This document shows positions 21,325 to 32,774 of a DNA stretch of 64,000 bases, piece by piece; position 1 is the stretch's first letter, and each line of letters opens with the position of its first letter. Under the pieces are notes generated by a model. That model had not been told where the DNA came from, searched no databases, and saw only the letters and a program-made list of their open reading frames with translations. Made by a program: the position numbers and the translations under genes. This DNA comes from an uncultured Thermoplasmatales archaeon. GTDB taxonomy: Archaea; Thermoplasmatota; E2; DHVEG-1. The stretch lies in NCBI GenBank assembly GCA_964615235.1, contig CAZTMK010000007.1:22630-86629 (forward strand), in the 5' to 3' direction.

Positions 21325-21591
21325 TTTATTTCCCCCAATATCTTTTAGCAATTCCTCCAAATAAATCAAACTCTTTCTATTATAAAAGCTTTATTGAGAA
21401 AATGTGGTTCAAAATAGGATTTAATAACTAAAAAACTAGGAAATTGAACAATTAATTGTCAAATTATGATACAAAAGCAGGTAATAAAGGATAAAAAACC
21501 ATCGCATCGTCAAACGTTATTTTTCATACGTAAATCCTTTAAAATACTGATATATATGTTTCACTAAAAATAAGTAAGTTGGTAAAAAACA

Positions 21592-21816
21592 ATGGATGAG
21601 GGATATATCTATTCAAATAAATTTCGAAAGGCAATTTTTGATGAAGTTGCCTCTGGAGAAACAAATATTAATCGTATTGCTAAAAAACATCATATAATTC
21701 TGACCGTTGCCAAAAAGGTTGCCGAAGAACTTGTAAACAACAATTACTTAGATAAAGAAGGGGAAGGCTATAATCTGTCAAAAGAGGGAGAAAAACTCGC
21801 TGAGCAGATTAGATGA
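21592..21816 (+). CDS. Small winged-helix DNA-binding protein.
   Basis: 74 aa with an HTH-like core NINRIAKKHHIILTVAKKVAEEL. Its stop overlaps the downstream start. Confidence 0.4.
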   Translation: MDEGYIYSNKFRKAIFDEVASGETNINRIAKKHHIILTVAKKVAEELVNNNYLDKEGEGYNLSKEGEKLAEQIR

Positions 21817-22502
21817 TTATTGGGAGTTCTAATATGAAACCGTATCTCTTACAAATGTTGAAAGAGTTAGCTTTGCTTGGTGCTATAGAAAATAGAGTAG
21901 AAATTTCATCTCTTGAACTAGCAAAACAACTTAATACAAGTCAGCAAACAGGTTCGAGATATCTTCTTGAACTTGATAAACAAGACATGATAACCAGGGA
22001 GATGGGCATTAAAAAACAACTTATTCAAATTACTGAAAAAGGAGAAGAAGCCCTACAGGACGAATACATGCGGTACAGAAGTATTTTTGAGTTAACCGAT
22101 CGAGTAAGTCTCGTTGGGAAGGTTGTATCAGGTATGGGCGAGGGAAGATACTACACTGCTCAGGATGGATATGCAAATCAATTTATGGAAAAGCTTGGAA
22201 TTTCAGCATTTCCTGGAACATTAAATGTTGAAATCAAACACATTGATAAAAACAAAATACGTTTAATAAAAAAACATACCGGCATTTTAATAGATTCCTT
22301 TGAATCAAACAATAGAACATTCGGAGCAGTTCAATGTTTTCCTGCCAAAATTAACAATCTTGCCGGTGCTATTGTTCTGCCTGCAAGAAGTCATTATTCA
22401 AATATTTTGGAATTTATCTCAAAATATTACTTGAGGGAGAAGCTTAAACTAAAAGATGACGATGAAGTAAATATCATAATTTTTTTAAACAAAGATAAGT
22501 AA
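21813..22502 (+). CDS. ribK: CTP-dependent riboflavin kinase (archaeal RibK) with an N-terminal HTH domain.
   Basis: GxGEGRYY, PGTLNV and the C-terminal KLKDDDEVNII match the archaeal MJ0056-type RibK. The N-terminal ~80 aa form a wHTH domain, as in Methanosarcina and Thermoplasma RibK proteins. Confidence 0.75.
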   Translation: MIIGSSNMKPYLLQMLKELALLGAIENRVEISSLELAKQLNTSQQTGSRYLLELDKQDMITREMGIKKQLIQITEKGEEALQDEYMRYRSIFELTDRVSLVGKVVSGMGEGRYYTAQDGYANQFMEKLGISAFPGTLNVEIKHIDKNKIRLIKKHTGILIDSFESNNRTFGAVQCFPAKINNLAGAIVLPARSHYSNILEFISKYYLREKLKLKDDDEVNIIIFLNKDK

Positions 22503-22508
22503 GGCGTT

Positions 22509-24224
22509 ATGAAAAATAAATTTGTGGCTGATATTTTATACCAAATCGCGGATTTGCTTGATATAAAAGGAGAAATTTTTTTTAAAACCAGGGCCTATAG
22601 GATGGCTGCACAAACTATAGAAGTTCTTGACGAAGATATTGAAACTGTATTAAAGGAAGGTAGACTTGAATCTATTCAAGGTGTTGGAGAAGCACTGGCA
22701 AAAAAAATTAAAGAAATTGTAGAAACCGGAAAACTTGAATATTTTGAAAGATTAAAAAAGGAAATTCCTGAGGGATTGCTTGAACTATTAGAATTGCCCG
22801 GTTTGGGCCCAAAAAAGGTGGCAGCACTTTATAAGAATCTAGGTATAACCACGGTAGATTCTCTTAGAACAGCTTGCATCCAGGGCAAACTTAGAGATTT
22901 GGATGGATTCGGAGAAATAACTGAGAGAAATATACTTAGGGGAATTCAATTAAAAGAAAAAACGAGCGGTCGCGTACTTCTAAATGTGGCCTATCAAGAT
23001 GGAAACAAGTATCATGATTACATAAAAAAGTGTTCAGAAGTTAACAAGTCTGCTCTTGCAGGAAGTTTCCGCAGGAAAAAAGAAACAATTGGTGATCTTG
23101 ACATTCTTGTTTCTTCTGAAAATCCTGACGAGGTAATGGATCATTTCGTAAATTATCCAGATGTTTCAAGAGTTTTGATGAAAGGACCGACGAAAAGTAG
23201 CGTTCTTCTCTTGGATGGTTTACAGGTAGATTTGCGGGTTGTAAAAAAGGAAAGTTACGGGGCGGCCTTGCAATATTTTACAGGTTCAAAGGAACATAAT
23301 GTTAAAATGCGCAGCATTGCAATAAAAAAAGGCTTCAGATTAAATGAATATGGTTTGTTTGAAAAAGATGCAGAGAAATACGTTGCTGGTCGTATAGAAA
23401 AAGATGTATATTCTGCCCTTGGCCTAGAGTATATAGAGCCAGAGTTGCGGGAAAACATGGGTGAAATTGAGGCAGCATCCGAAGGGAAATTACCACATCT
23501 TGTAGAATACAAGGATATCTTGGGAGACTTACATATTCATTCAATTTACAGTGATGGATCAGACTCTATAGAAACTATTGCAACTCATGCCAAAAAATTA
23601 GGTTACAAATATGTTGGTATTGCAGATCATTCTCAGTCCTTGAAGGTTGCTGGGGGACTTTCTGAAGAAAGTTTAATTAAAAAGCAAAATGAAATTCAGC
23701 AGATTAACAAAAAACTAGAGGGCATTACAGTACTTTTCGGCACAGAATGTGATATTAAAACAGATGGAAATTTGGACTATCCTGACTCAGTGCTGGCTAA
23801 ATTTGATTTTGTGATTGTTGGAGTGCATACTGCTTTGAAAATGGATGCAAAACAGATGGAAAAAAGAATTCTATCCGGAATTGAAAATGAACACGCAAAT
23901 ATATTGGCTCATCCAACTGGAAGATTGATTGGCAGGCGTGAACCATTTAAAATTGATATAGAAAATCTAATTGATGCTGCGAAAAAAACAAACACATTTT
24001 TAGAAATAAATTCGTTTCCAGATAGACTGGATTTAAATAATGTACATGCTAAACTAGCAAAAGAAAAGAAAGTAAAATGTGTTATAGGAACAGATGCTCA
24101 TAGCATTGCTAATATGACCTATATGGAATTTGGGGTAGCAACGGCAAGAAGAGGTTGGCAGGAAAAAAGCGATATTTTAAACACTTATGGCTTAAAGGAA
24201 TTCGAGAAAATGCTGGGTAAATGA
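22509..24224 (+). CDS. polX: DNA polymerase X family protein (pol-beta-like core plus C-terminal PHP phosphoesterase domain).
   Basis: HhH motifs, the nucleotidyltransferase motif GSFRRKKETIGDLDILV, and the PHP motifs HIHSIYSDGSDS, GIADHS and GTDAH. Confidence 0.85.
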   Translation: MKNKFVADILYQIADLLDIKGEIFFKTRAYRMAAQTIEVLDEDIETVLKEGRLESIQGVGEALAKKIKEIVETGKLEYFERLKKEIPEGLLELLELPGLGPKKVAALYKNLGITTVDSLRTACIQGKLRDLDGFGEITERNILRGIQLKEKTSGRVLLNVAYQDGNKYHDYIKKCSEVNKSALAGSFRRKKETIGDLDILVSSENPDEVMDHFVNYPDVSRVLMKGPTKSSVLLLDGLQVDLRVVKKESYGAALQYFTGSKEHNVKMRSIAIKKGFRLNEYGLFEKDAEKYVAGRIEKDVYSALGLEYIEPELRENMGEIEAASEGKLPHLVEYKDILGDLHIHSIYSDGSDSIETIATHAKKLGYKYVGIADHSQSLKVAGGLSEESLIKKQNEIQQINKKLEGITVLFGTECDIKTDGNLDYPDSVLAKFDFVIVGVHTALKMDAKQMEKRILSGIENEHANILAHPTGRLIGRREPFKIDIENLIDAAKKTNTFLEINSFPDRLDLNNVHAKLAKEKKVKCVIGTDAHSIANMTYMEFGVATARRGWQEKSDILNTYGLKEFEKMLGK

Positions 24225-26213
<1,989 letters not shown>

Positions 26214-26222
26214 AGGAATAAT

Positions 26223-26432
26223 ATGCCAGAATGTAGAGTTGAAGAAAACAAATCCAATTGCAATTGTACCTATCCATGCAGCAAAAAAGGCATGTGTTGC
26301 AAGTGCATTTATTCCCATAGAATTGCTGGTGAATTACCTGCTTGTTATTTCCCTGATGATGTTGAAAGGACGTATGATAGAACTATTGAAAATTTTATTA
26401 AAATCTATCAGTCTAGAGGAAGATGGTGGTAA
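26223..26432 (+). CDS. Small cysteine-rich protein (10 Cys in 69 aa).
   Basis: [46 protein letters not shown]. It resembles a conserved small Cys-rich family seen in anaerobes. The assignment is tentative. Confidence 0.4.
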   Translation: MPECRVEENKSNCNCTYPCSKKGMCCKCIYSHRIAGELPACYFPDDVERTYDRTIENFIKIYQSRGRWW

Positions 26433-26477
26433 AAAACCTACCTAATTTTTATATATGAATGGTTACATCCGTGCACG

Positions 26478-26900
26478 ATGACTGAAAGTAAGGAGAGAAT
26501 TATTCCGATTATTGCGATTTGCGCGCTTTTAATAGGATCTTTTTCCTCGATTTATGTTTACGGGCTAAATTCCAATTATGAATCTAATGAAGATGTCATA
26601 GTAATTAACGGTGAGGAATATTTACTAGAATATCTTTTTTCAAGTATTATCATAAGAAATTTAGATTCTGTTAACGCATCAGGCATTGCCTTGGATAATA
26701 TTATTACTTCAATAAACGTTAATTGCCCCTCCTGCAATTCCTATAAAATTATTGGCAAAGACAGTTATTCTCAGACAGTTACTTGGGAAAATATGCAGAA
26801 CGGTGTTTTGACTAGTGAATTAAAAGTTGTTTTTTCCGATTTACCAAAGGCATTTAATGTTAAAGATGTAGTAGAAATTGAGGTGATACATAATGGATAA
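26478..26900 (+). CDS. Hypothetical membrane-anchored protein.
   Basis: N-terminal TM (IIPIIAICALLIGSFSSIYVYG). No recognisable domain. Confidence 0.4.
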   Translation: MTESKERIIPIIAICALLIGSFSSIYVYGLNSNYESNEDVIVINGEEYLLEYLFSSIIIRNLDSVNASGIALDNIITSINVNCPSCNSYKIIGKDSYSQTVTWENMQNGVLTSELKVVFSDLPKAFNVKDVVEIEVIHNG

Positions 26901-27540
26901 AATGAAATTGATTGCAGGAATAATAGTATTTGGATCAATTTGGGGATTTGCAGAATGCATAATCGGTCCAAAATTATCTGACGTTGGATTACCATCTGGA
27001 GCATTAATGACTAGTCTCTTTGCAATTGGTTTAATGGTCACAAGCAGGATGTTTTACAAGCAGAGAGGTATGCAGCTTGGAATGGGTCTTGTTGCAGGAA
27101 TCTTACGACTTTTTAATCCGTTTGGAGGTTGCGTTGTTTGCTCTGCAATTGCTATAGCTGCAGAAGGACTTTTGTTTGAACTTGTCTGGTACAAAATGTC
27201 ACTTGACTTAAAGGATTTACAAACTAATACAATGAAGGTAAGCATGGGAATAATTTCTTCATATGTTATTTACGTCGGGGGCTACATTACAACACAGATA
27301 CTAACTCCACTTGTATCCACATCGGGTTTCTTCTTGGAAAATTTATTGGGGTTCATACCACAAATATTATCAAGAGGACTTCTTGCTGGAATTATCGGTG
27401 CAGTTACAGTTCCATCGGTTTTACTTCTTAAAGATATAAATATTGAAATCTTAAAAGATAAGCTGTATTATCCTACGGTTGGTGCGGTTTCTTTGTTTTG
27501 TTGGATTTTTGTGGTTGTAAATTGGTTTATTTTTGTTTAG
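26893..27540 (+). CDS. Polytopic membrane protein, possibly a transporter substrate-binding component. Function unknown.
   Basis: About six predicted TM helices. It overlaps the upstream ORF by 8 nt. Confidence 0.45.
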   Translation: MDKMKLIAGIIVFGSIWGFAECIIGPKLSDVGLPSGALMTSLFAIGLMVTSRMFYKQRGMQLGMGLVAGILRLFNPFGGCVVCSAIAIAAEGLLFELVWYKMSLDLKDLQTNTMKVSMGIISSYVIYVGGYITTQILTPLVSTSGFFLENLLGFIPQILSRGLLAGIIGAVTVPSVLLLKDINIEILKDKLYYPTVGAVSLFCWIFVVVNWFIFV

Positions 27541-27551
27541 GAGAATTTTTG

Positions 27552-28001
27552 ATGGATAAACCTAAAACCGTAAAAATTTTAAAATTTCATGCTGAAAAAT
27601 GTAAGGGATGTTTTGAATGCGAAAAAGCATGTTCAAAGGTTCATTTTAAAACAGATGAAGGCAGGGAGAAATCTGCAATTAGAATAATTAAGCAAAACGG
27701 GAAATTTAAGATGCATGTTTGCGATCAAAGAGGCTTATGTATTGACATGTGTCCTGTCGGGGCATTGACAAGAAGAAAAAATGGGGTAGTTTGGCTTGAT
27801 AAAGAAACTTGTATAGGTTGTCAGGCGTGTGTGGGATTTTGCCCGATAGGTGCAATGAGAAAATCCGATGCAAGAATTGAGCCTTTTAAGTGTATTTCAT
27901 GTGGTGCTTGTGTTAGGGCATGTCCCGAAAAGGCCTTGGAACTGGTGGAAGTCAAAATTGATCATATCAAAGATGTAGTTTACCATAAATTGGGGGCATA
28001 A
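27552..28001 (+). CDS. 4Fe-4S multi-cluster ferredoxin, the electron-transfer subunit of the adjacent AOR.
   Basis: AGGAG Shine-Dalgarno before the ATG at 27552. Four Cys clusters (CKGCFECEKAC, CDQRGLCIDMCP, CIGCQACVGFCP, CISCGACVRACP). The stop abuts the AOR start. Confidence 0.75.
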   Translation: MDKPKTVKILKFHAEKCKGCFECEKACSKVHFKTDEGREKSAIRIIKQNGKFKMHVCDQRGLCIDMCPVGALTRRKNGVVWLDKETCIGCQACVGFCPIGAMRKSDARIEPFKCISCGACVRACPEKALELVEVKIDHIKDVVYHKLGA

Positions 28002-28003
28002 AA

Positions 28004-30328
28004 TTGGCTGAAGGACAAATTCCCATAGAAGAATACGAAACAGGAAACACAAAACACAAGTGGGATTTGAAAAAAATAAAATCAGCACACAAGATTATTT
28101 CAGAATATAAATTTAAAAAATCTGAAATCCAGAAAGGATTTGCAAATAGAACTCTTTATGTTAATCTATCTACCGGAGAAATCAAGGAAAAAAAAGTAAC
28201 AGAAGATATGAAAAAGAAATTTACCGGCGGTCGGGGATTTGGTTTAAAACTAATGTGGGATTCAATAAAACCCACGACAAGATGGGATAGTCCAGAAAAC
28301 GAGTTAATTATTACTACTGGTCCTTTATGCGGTGTTACTCAATATGCGGGCTCCGGAAAGTCATTGTGTTTAACAGTTTCACCTTCAACTGATATAATTT
28401 GTGATAGCAATGTTGGAGGCTTTTTTGGCCCTTATCTAAAGTTTGCAGGTTTTGATGCAATTGAGATTCAGGGTAAGGCAAAGCAAGACGTAATAATTCT
28501 TGTTGATGGCGAGGAAGGAAAAATTACTATTGAAACGGCACCATTGGAAGAAACTAATTCACATTTGATTGCCGAACAATTAACACATTTGTACGCCTCT
28601 GAAAACACAGATAAATCTAGGCAAAAAGTATCAGTTGTTTCTGCAGGAACTGCAGCAGAACACAGTTACTGGGGTTGTATGAATTTTTCATTTTTTGACA
28701 TTCGCAGAAAGGTTCCAAGAATTAAACAAGCTGGTAGAGGAGGTTTAGGAACTGTTTTACGTGATAAGAAAATCAAGGCAATTGTTGCAAAAGTGGAAAA
28801 GTTTGACGGCGTTTCAAACAATCCTGCTGATCCTGCAAAACTTGTGGAAGTTGGAACTAAACTTCATAGAGAGATTAGAGACCTTGATAAGTATCAGTGT
28901 AACATGAGGGCGGTTGGTACAGTCCATCTTGTTGAGATTATGGATCAATATGATTTGTTGCCAACTGAGAATTATCGTTTCGGAAGCTTTCCCAAAGCAT
29001 CTAAGATTTATTCGCCTGAATTCTATAGATATTTTACAAAAATAATACCTGATGGGTGCTGGCATGGATGCACAATGGCATGTGCAAAAACTGTCGATGG
29101 ATTTACTGTTATGACTGGGCCTTACAAGGGAGAAAGAGTCACAGTAGATGGACCTGAATACGAAACCTGTGGGTGCGGTGCAAACATGAGTCTTTGGGAT
29201 CCAAAATGGATTTTGGAGTTTAACTTCTATTGTGACACGTATGGGCTTGATACAATATCTACAGGAACTTCAATTGCATTTTACATGGAAATGTACGAAT
29301 ATGGAATTTTAAACAAGGAACGATGTGATGGACTCGAGCTTTGTTTTGGAAACGGTGAGGCAGCACTGGAATTTATTCACAGAATAGCTAAGGGAGATAA
29401 GGGAGAGTTTGTAAAAGTTGCTGCAAAAGGCATAAGAAGAGTAAAGGATTGGCTAATCGAGAAGGGATGGGGAGATCCTCAGCTCATTGATGATTGTGGA
29501 ATGGAAAGTAAGGGTTTGGAGTATTCTGAATATGTAACAAAAGAATCCCTAGCAATGCAAGGAGGATATGGACTTACGTTGAAAGGTCCGCAACATGACG
29601 AAGCATGGTTGATTTTCATGGATATGGTTAACAATCAGATTCCAACTTTTAAAGACAAGGCAGAAGCCCTTCATTACTTTCCAATGTGGCGAACTTGGTT
29701 TGGATTGAACGGCCTATGTAAACTTCCTTGGAATGACGTTGAACCCGAAAATAACGCAGAGACAGACGAACCTGCAAAAGTTCCAGAGCATGTACAAAAT
29801 TATGTGGATTATCAAAATGCTGTGACAGGTTGGAAGGTAAACAAAGAAGAGCTTATTTTACAAAGCGAACGTTGTTATAATTGGCAAAGAGCAATGAACG
29901 TTTGGCTAGGTCGTGGTAGACGAAAGGATGATTGGATTCCTTACAGATCAATGGGTCCTGTTACTGAAATGGAGTATATTTCAAGAAGGGATAGGTATGA
30001 TAAACAACTTGTGGAAAAACTTGATCTTGCCGGAGAAGAAGTCGAAAAAATGCCTGTAGCCGAAAAAATAAAACTTTTGTACAATTATCGCCAGGATCAA
30101 TATCAAAAACTTGCCGATGCGGTGTATTTCCGGAGAGGCTGGACCCATAACGGCGTTCCTACCCCACAGAAAATGAAAAAGTTGGGATTTGATGATCCAA
30201 AAATATTAAAAATGTTACAAAAGGCAATTGATGAAGATGAAAAAGCCGGGCTCAATGTTTGGGGCGGAAAATACAAAAAAGGCGAGAAAGCACCGACTAC
30301 GGATCCCAGATATTGGGAAAAATGGTAA
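28004..30328 (+). CDS. Aldehyde:ferredoxin oxidoreductase family tungsto/molybdopterin enzyme, a long 774-aa form.
   Basis: The AOR N-terminal domain (RTLYVNLSTGEIKEKKVTEDMKKKFTGGRGFGL), a central DGPEYETCGCG block, and the overall AOR layout, with ~45-aa N-terminal and ~90-aa C-terminal extensions. The start appears to be TTG at 28004. Confidence 0.75.
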   Translation: MAEGQIPIEEYETGNTKHKWDLKKIKSAHKIISEYKFKKSEIQKGFANRTLYVNLSTGEIKEKKVTEDMKKKFTGGRGFGLKLMWDSIKPTTRWDSPENELIITTGPLCGVTQYAGSGKSLCLTVSPSTDIICDSNVGGFFGPYLKFAGFDAIEIQGKAKQDVIILVDGEEGKITIETAPLEETNSHLIAEQLTHLYASENTDKSRQKVSVVSAGTAAEHSYWGCMNFSFFDIRRKVPRIKQAGRGGLGTVLRDKKIKAIVAKVEKFDGVSNNPADPAKLVEVGTKLHREIRDLDKYQCNMRAVGTVHLVEIMDQYDLLPTENYRFGSFPKASKIYSPEFYRYFTKIIPDGCWHGCTMACAKTVDGFTVMTGPYKGERVTVDGPEYETCGCGANMSLWDPKWILEFNFYCDTYGLDTISTGTSIAFYMEMYEYGILNKERCDGLELCFGNGEAALEFIHRIAKGDKGEFVKVAAKGIRRVKDWLIEKGWGDPQLIDDCGMESKGLEYSEYVTKESLAMQGGYGLTLKGPQHDEAWLIFMDMVNNQIPTFKDKAEALHYFPMWRTWFGLNGLCKLPWNDVEPENNAETDEPAKVPEHVQNYVDYQNAVTGWKVNKEELILQSERCYNWQRAMNVWLGRGRRKDDWIPYRSMGPVTEMEYISRRDRYDKQLVEKLDLAGEEVEKMPVAEKIKLLYNYRQDQYQKLADAVYFRRGWTHNGVPTPQKMKKLGFDDPKILKMLQKAIDEDEKAGLNVWGGKYKKGEKAPTTDPRYWEKW

Positions 30329-30336
30329 TAAGTTAC

Positions 30337-30933
30337 ATGAATAAATCAATGTTTGATAAAATTAGGATAAAATTAAAAAGTTCTAGTGTTGGGATAGCAG
30401 GCATCGGTGGACTTGGATCAAATGTTGCAATTGCTTTAACAAGGGCAGGTGTTGGCCGACTTGTCTTAGTTGATTTTGATTTTGTTGAAAAAAAAAATCT
30501 AGATAGACAATACTTTTTTCTTGATCAAGTTGGTAAACTAAAAACAACTGCAATCAAAGAAAACATTAAAAAAATAAATCCCGAAACAATCGTTGAAACC
30601 CACGAAATTAGACTTGAAAAAGGAACGATGGAAAAGCCATTTAGAAATGTCGACGTAATTATCGAGGCATTGGATAGTGCAGAAATAAAAACTTTATTTA
30701 TTGAAGAAATCCTTGAAAAACTCCCAGATAAACCAATAATTGCAGCTTCGGGAATCACGGGTTACGGTCACTGTGAAAGATTTAATACAAAATGCTTAGG
30801 CAACCTCTACATGTGCTATGATGAGGAGGCGAAATCCAGCGATGAGGATATTCTTTTTGCACCAAGAGTTGCAATAGCAGCCAACTGGGAGGCGAATCTG
30901 GCCTTAGAGCTTTTATTGGGGAAAGACCAATGA
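30337..30933 (+). CDS. E1-like adenylyltransferase of the ThiF/MoeB/UbaA family (short form).
   Basis: Gly-rich nucleotide loop VGIAGIGGLGSNVAIALTRAGVGRLVLVDFDFVEKKNLDRQ. The ORF track start 30259 overlaps the AOR gene. The ATG at 30337 is the likely start. Confidence 0.7.
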   Translation: MNKSMFDKIRIKLKSSSVGIAGIGGLGSNVAIALTRAGVGRLVLVDFDFVEKKNLDRQYFFLDQVGKLKTTAIKENIKKINPETIVETHEIRLEKGTMEKPFRNVDVIIEALDSAEIKTLFIEEILEKLPDKPIIAASGITGYGHCERFNTKCLGNLYMCYDEEAKSSDEDILFAPRVAIAANWEANLALELLLGKDQ

Positions 30934-31130
30934 GCATCACAGTAAATAAAAGGACAGTTGACTGGCTAGAAAATGAGACAGTGACCCAGCTTCTGAAACG
31001 TATGAAATATACTTTCCCTCTGATAATTGTAAAAATCGATAAAAAAATAATACCAAGAAAAGATCATAATAGCTACATTATTCCCAATGGATCTGAAGTT
31101 GATGTTATTCATATGATAAGTGGAGGCTAG
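30930..31130 (+). CDS. ThiS/MoaD/SAMP-like beta-grasp sulfur-carrier or ubiquitin-like protein ending in Gly-Gly.
   Basis: 66 aa. The C-terminus is ...VIHMISGG followed by a stop. The ATG overlaps the E1 stop (ATGA). Confidence 0.7.
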   Translation: MSITVNKRTVDWLENETVTQLLKRMKYTFPLIIVKIDKKIIPRKDHNSYIIPNGSEVDVIHMISGG

Positions 31131-31141
31131 TGATTTTATTT

Positions 31142-32059
31142 TTAACCTATTACACTGCCCAATACCGCTAATATGGAGAAACTTATTGCAAAAAGTAGAT
31201 ATGTAAAGTACATCAGAGACCATGCTTTGGTATTTTCAAATAAAGCACTTCGAGTCTTGTCTTTTACCATGGAGTAGAATATTAGATAACCAGGTATTGC
31301 AAATAAAGTAAGTATCATAAAATGCGGTTCAAGTATTCCAACGCTAATTACTAAAGGAACAAAGGTAAATGGAATAAATAGGAATGGAAGGGCCATAAAG
31401 GCTGCTTTTTTTATCCCGTATGTATTTACCAAAGTTTTGGTGCCAGTGCTTTTATCTGCATCTTTGTCCGTTATATCTTTTGTAATTGTTCCACCAATTA
31501 AAAACAACATTGCCATACTTCCTATGATAATGGGTAGGGGCTCAAACAAATTGCCAAAAAGACTCCAAGAAGCAAAAATTCCCAATAATCCTCTCGGAAT
31601 TGCTACCCATAGCTGATTTAGAAATAATTGATCTTTCATTCTGGGCGGTAGAGAATAAGATATTGTAAAGATTGCAATTGATAGCACCAAAATAAAAAAC
31701 ATTGCATTTATAAAAAATGCAAGACTCAAAGCAAGTGTGTATAACATATATGAAATGGCTGTAGCTTTTTTAACTGATATTACTCCTCTAGGAATGGGCC
31801 TGTAAGGTTTTGAAATTCTATCTGTTGCTAAATCAGTTGCTTGATTTAGAATGTTTGATGCTGCATTAAGTATAGATATGCAGAATCCAGAAGGTAAAAT
31901 CATTCTGAAAAATACATCGGCAAAAACCCCGGAGGCTTTATTATAAAAAAAACTTGCAATCATAATACTTATTGATACGATAAATGGAGTTAGTAAAGTA
32001 AATGGACGAAGCAGATCAATATAACCTTTTAATCTATTATTAAAATCCAATTTTTTCAA
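31142..32059 (-). CDS. UbiA-family membrane prenyltransferase.
   Basis: The NQATDLATDRISKPYRPIP Asp-rich motif and ~8 TM helices. Confidence 0.7.
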   Translation of the reverse strand: MKKLDFNNRLKGYIDLLRPFTLLTPFIVSISIMIASFFYNKASGVFADVFFRMILPSGFCISILNAASNILNQATDLATDRISKPYRPIPRGVISVKKATAISYMLYTLALSLAFFINAMFFILVLSIAIFTISYSLPPRMKDQLFLNQLWVAIPRGLLGIFASWSLFGNLFEPLPIIIGSMAMLFLIGGTITKDITDKDADKSTGTKTLVNTYGIKKAAFMALPFLFIPFTFVPLVISVGILEPHFMILTLFAIPGYLIFYSMVKDKTRSALFENTKAWSLMYFTYLLFAISFSILAVLGSVIG

Positions 32060-32201
32060 CGTCTCATCACTTACAAAAAATTTCTAAATTATTGTTTATA
32101 AGCATTGTTTAACACACGTTACCAGAATTGTTAATAAAGTGCTGCTGCGGGTAGAATATTAAAGCATTAACGCGTTTACAAAATGTCTTAAGGAGTTAAA
32201 A

Positions 32202-32756
32202 ATGGTATCATTTAGAGGTTTTATTGCAATTGAGATCGAACCATTTTCAATTCTAAAAAACTTCCAACAGGACATAAAAAAAACTGGAGCTAATGTTAAA
32301 CTTGTTGAGCCGGAAAACATCCATATTACTCTAAAGTTTCTAGGTGATACCCTGGAAGAACAAATTGATGATATTTATGAAATTATTTCATCAACTGTTG
32401 CTGAGATAAAACCATTTGAAATAACTATGAAGGGGACTGGCGTTTTTCCTAACGAATCATATCTAAAAGTTATCTGGGTAGGAATAAGTCCAGTGGATAC
32501 AATTGCTTCAATTTCAAAAACTTTAGATGAAAAACTGACTATTTTGGGATTTAAGAAAGAGAAGAAAAATTTTTCACCGCATTTAACAATAGGGCGCGTA
32601 AGAAGTGCCAAAAACAAAAATGAATTGATAAAAGTAATTGAAAAATACAAGGAAACCACTTTTAAAACTTTCCAAGTATCTTCGATAAAACTGAAAAAAA
32701 GTCAACTAACACCTCAAGGTCCAATTTATTCAAATTTAAAAGAAGTATTTTTGTGA
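32202..32756 (+). CDS. thpR: RNA 2',3'-cyclic phosphodiesterase (2H family, LigT/ThpR).
   Basis: Two H-x-T/S-x motifs (HITLKFLG and HLTIGRV). 184 aa. Confidence 0.8.
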   Translation: MVSFRGFIAIEIEPFSILKNFQQDIKKTGANVKLVEPENIHITLKFLGDTLEEQIDDIYEIISSTVAEIKPFEITMKGTGVFPNESYLKVIWVGISPVDTIASISKTLDEKLTILGFKKEKKNFSPHLTIGRVRSAKNKNELIKVIEKYKETTFKTFQVSSIKLKKSQLTPQGPIYSNLKEVFL

Positions 32757-32774
32757 AAATAAAGAGATGATCCG

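Noticed and set aside
30481-30500. A homopolymeric A10 run inside the E1-like gene, considered as a possible frameshift or pseudogene site.
   Set aside because: The reading frame continues intact through it to a normal stop coupled to the ThiS-like gene.
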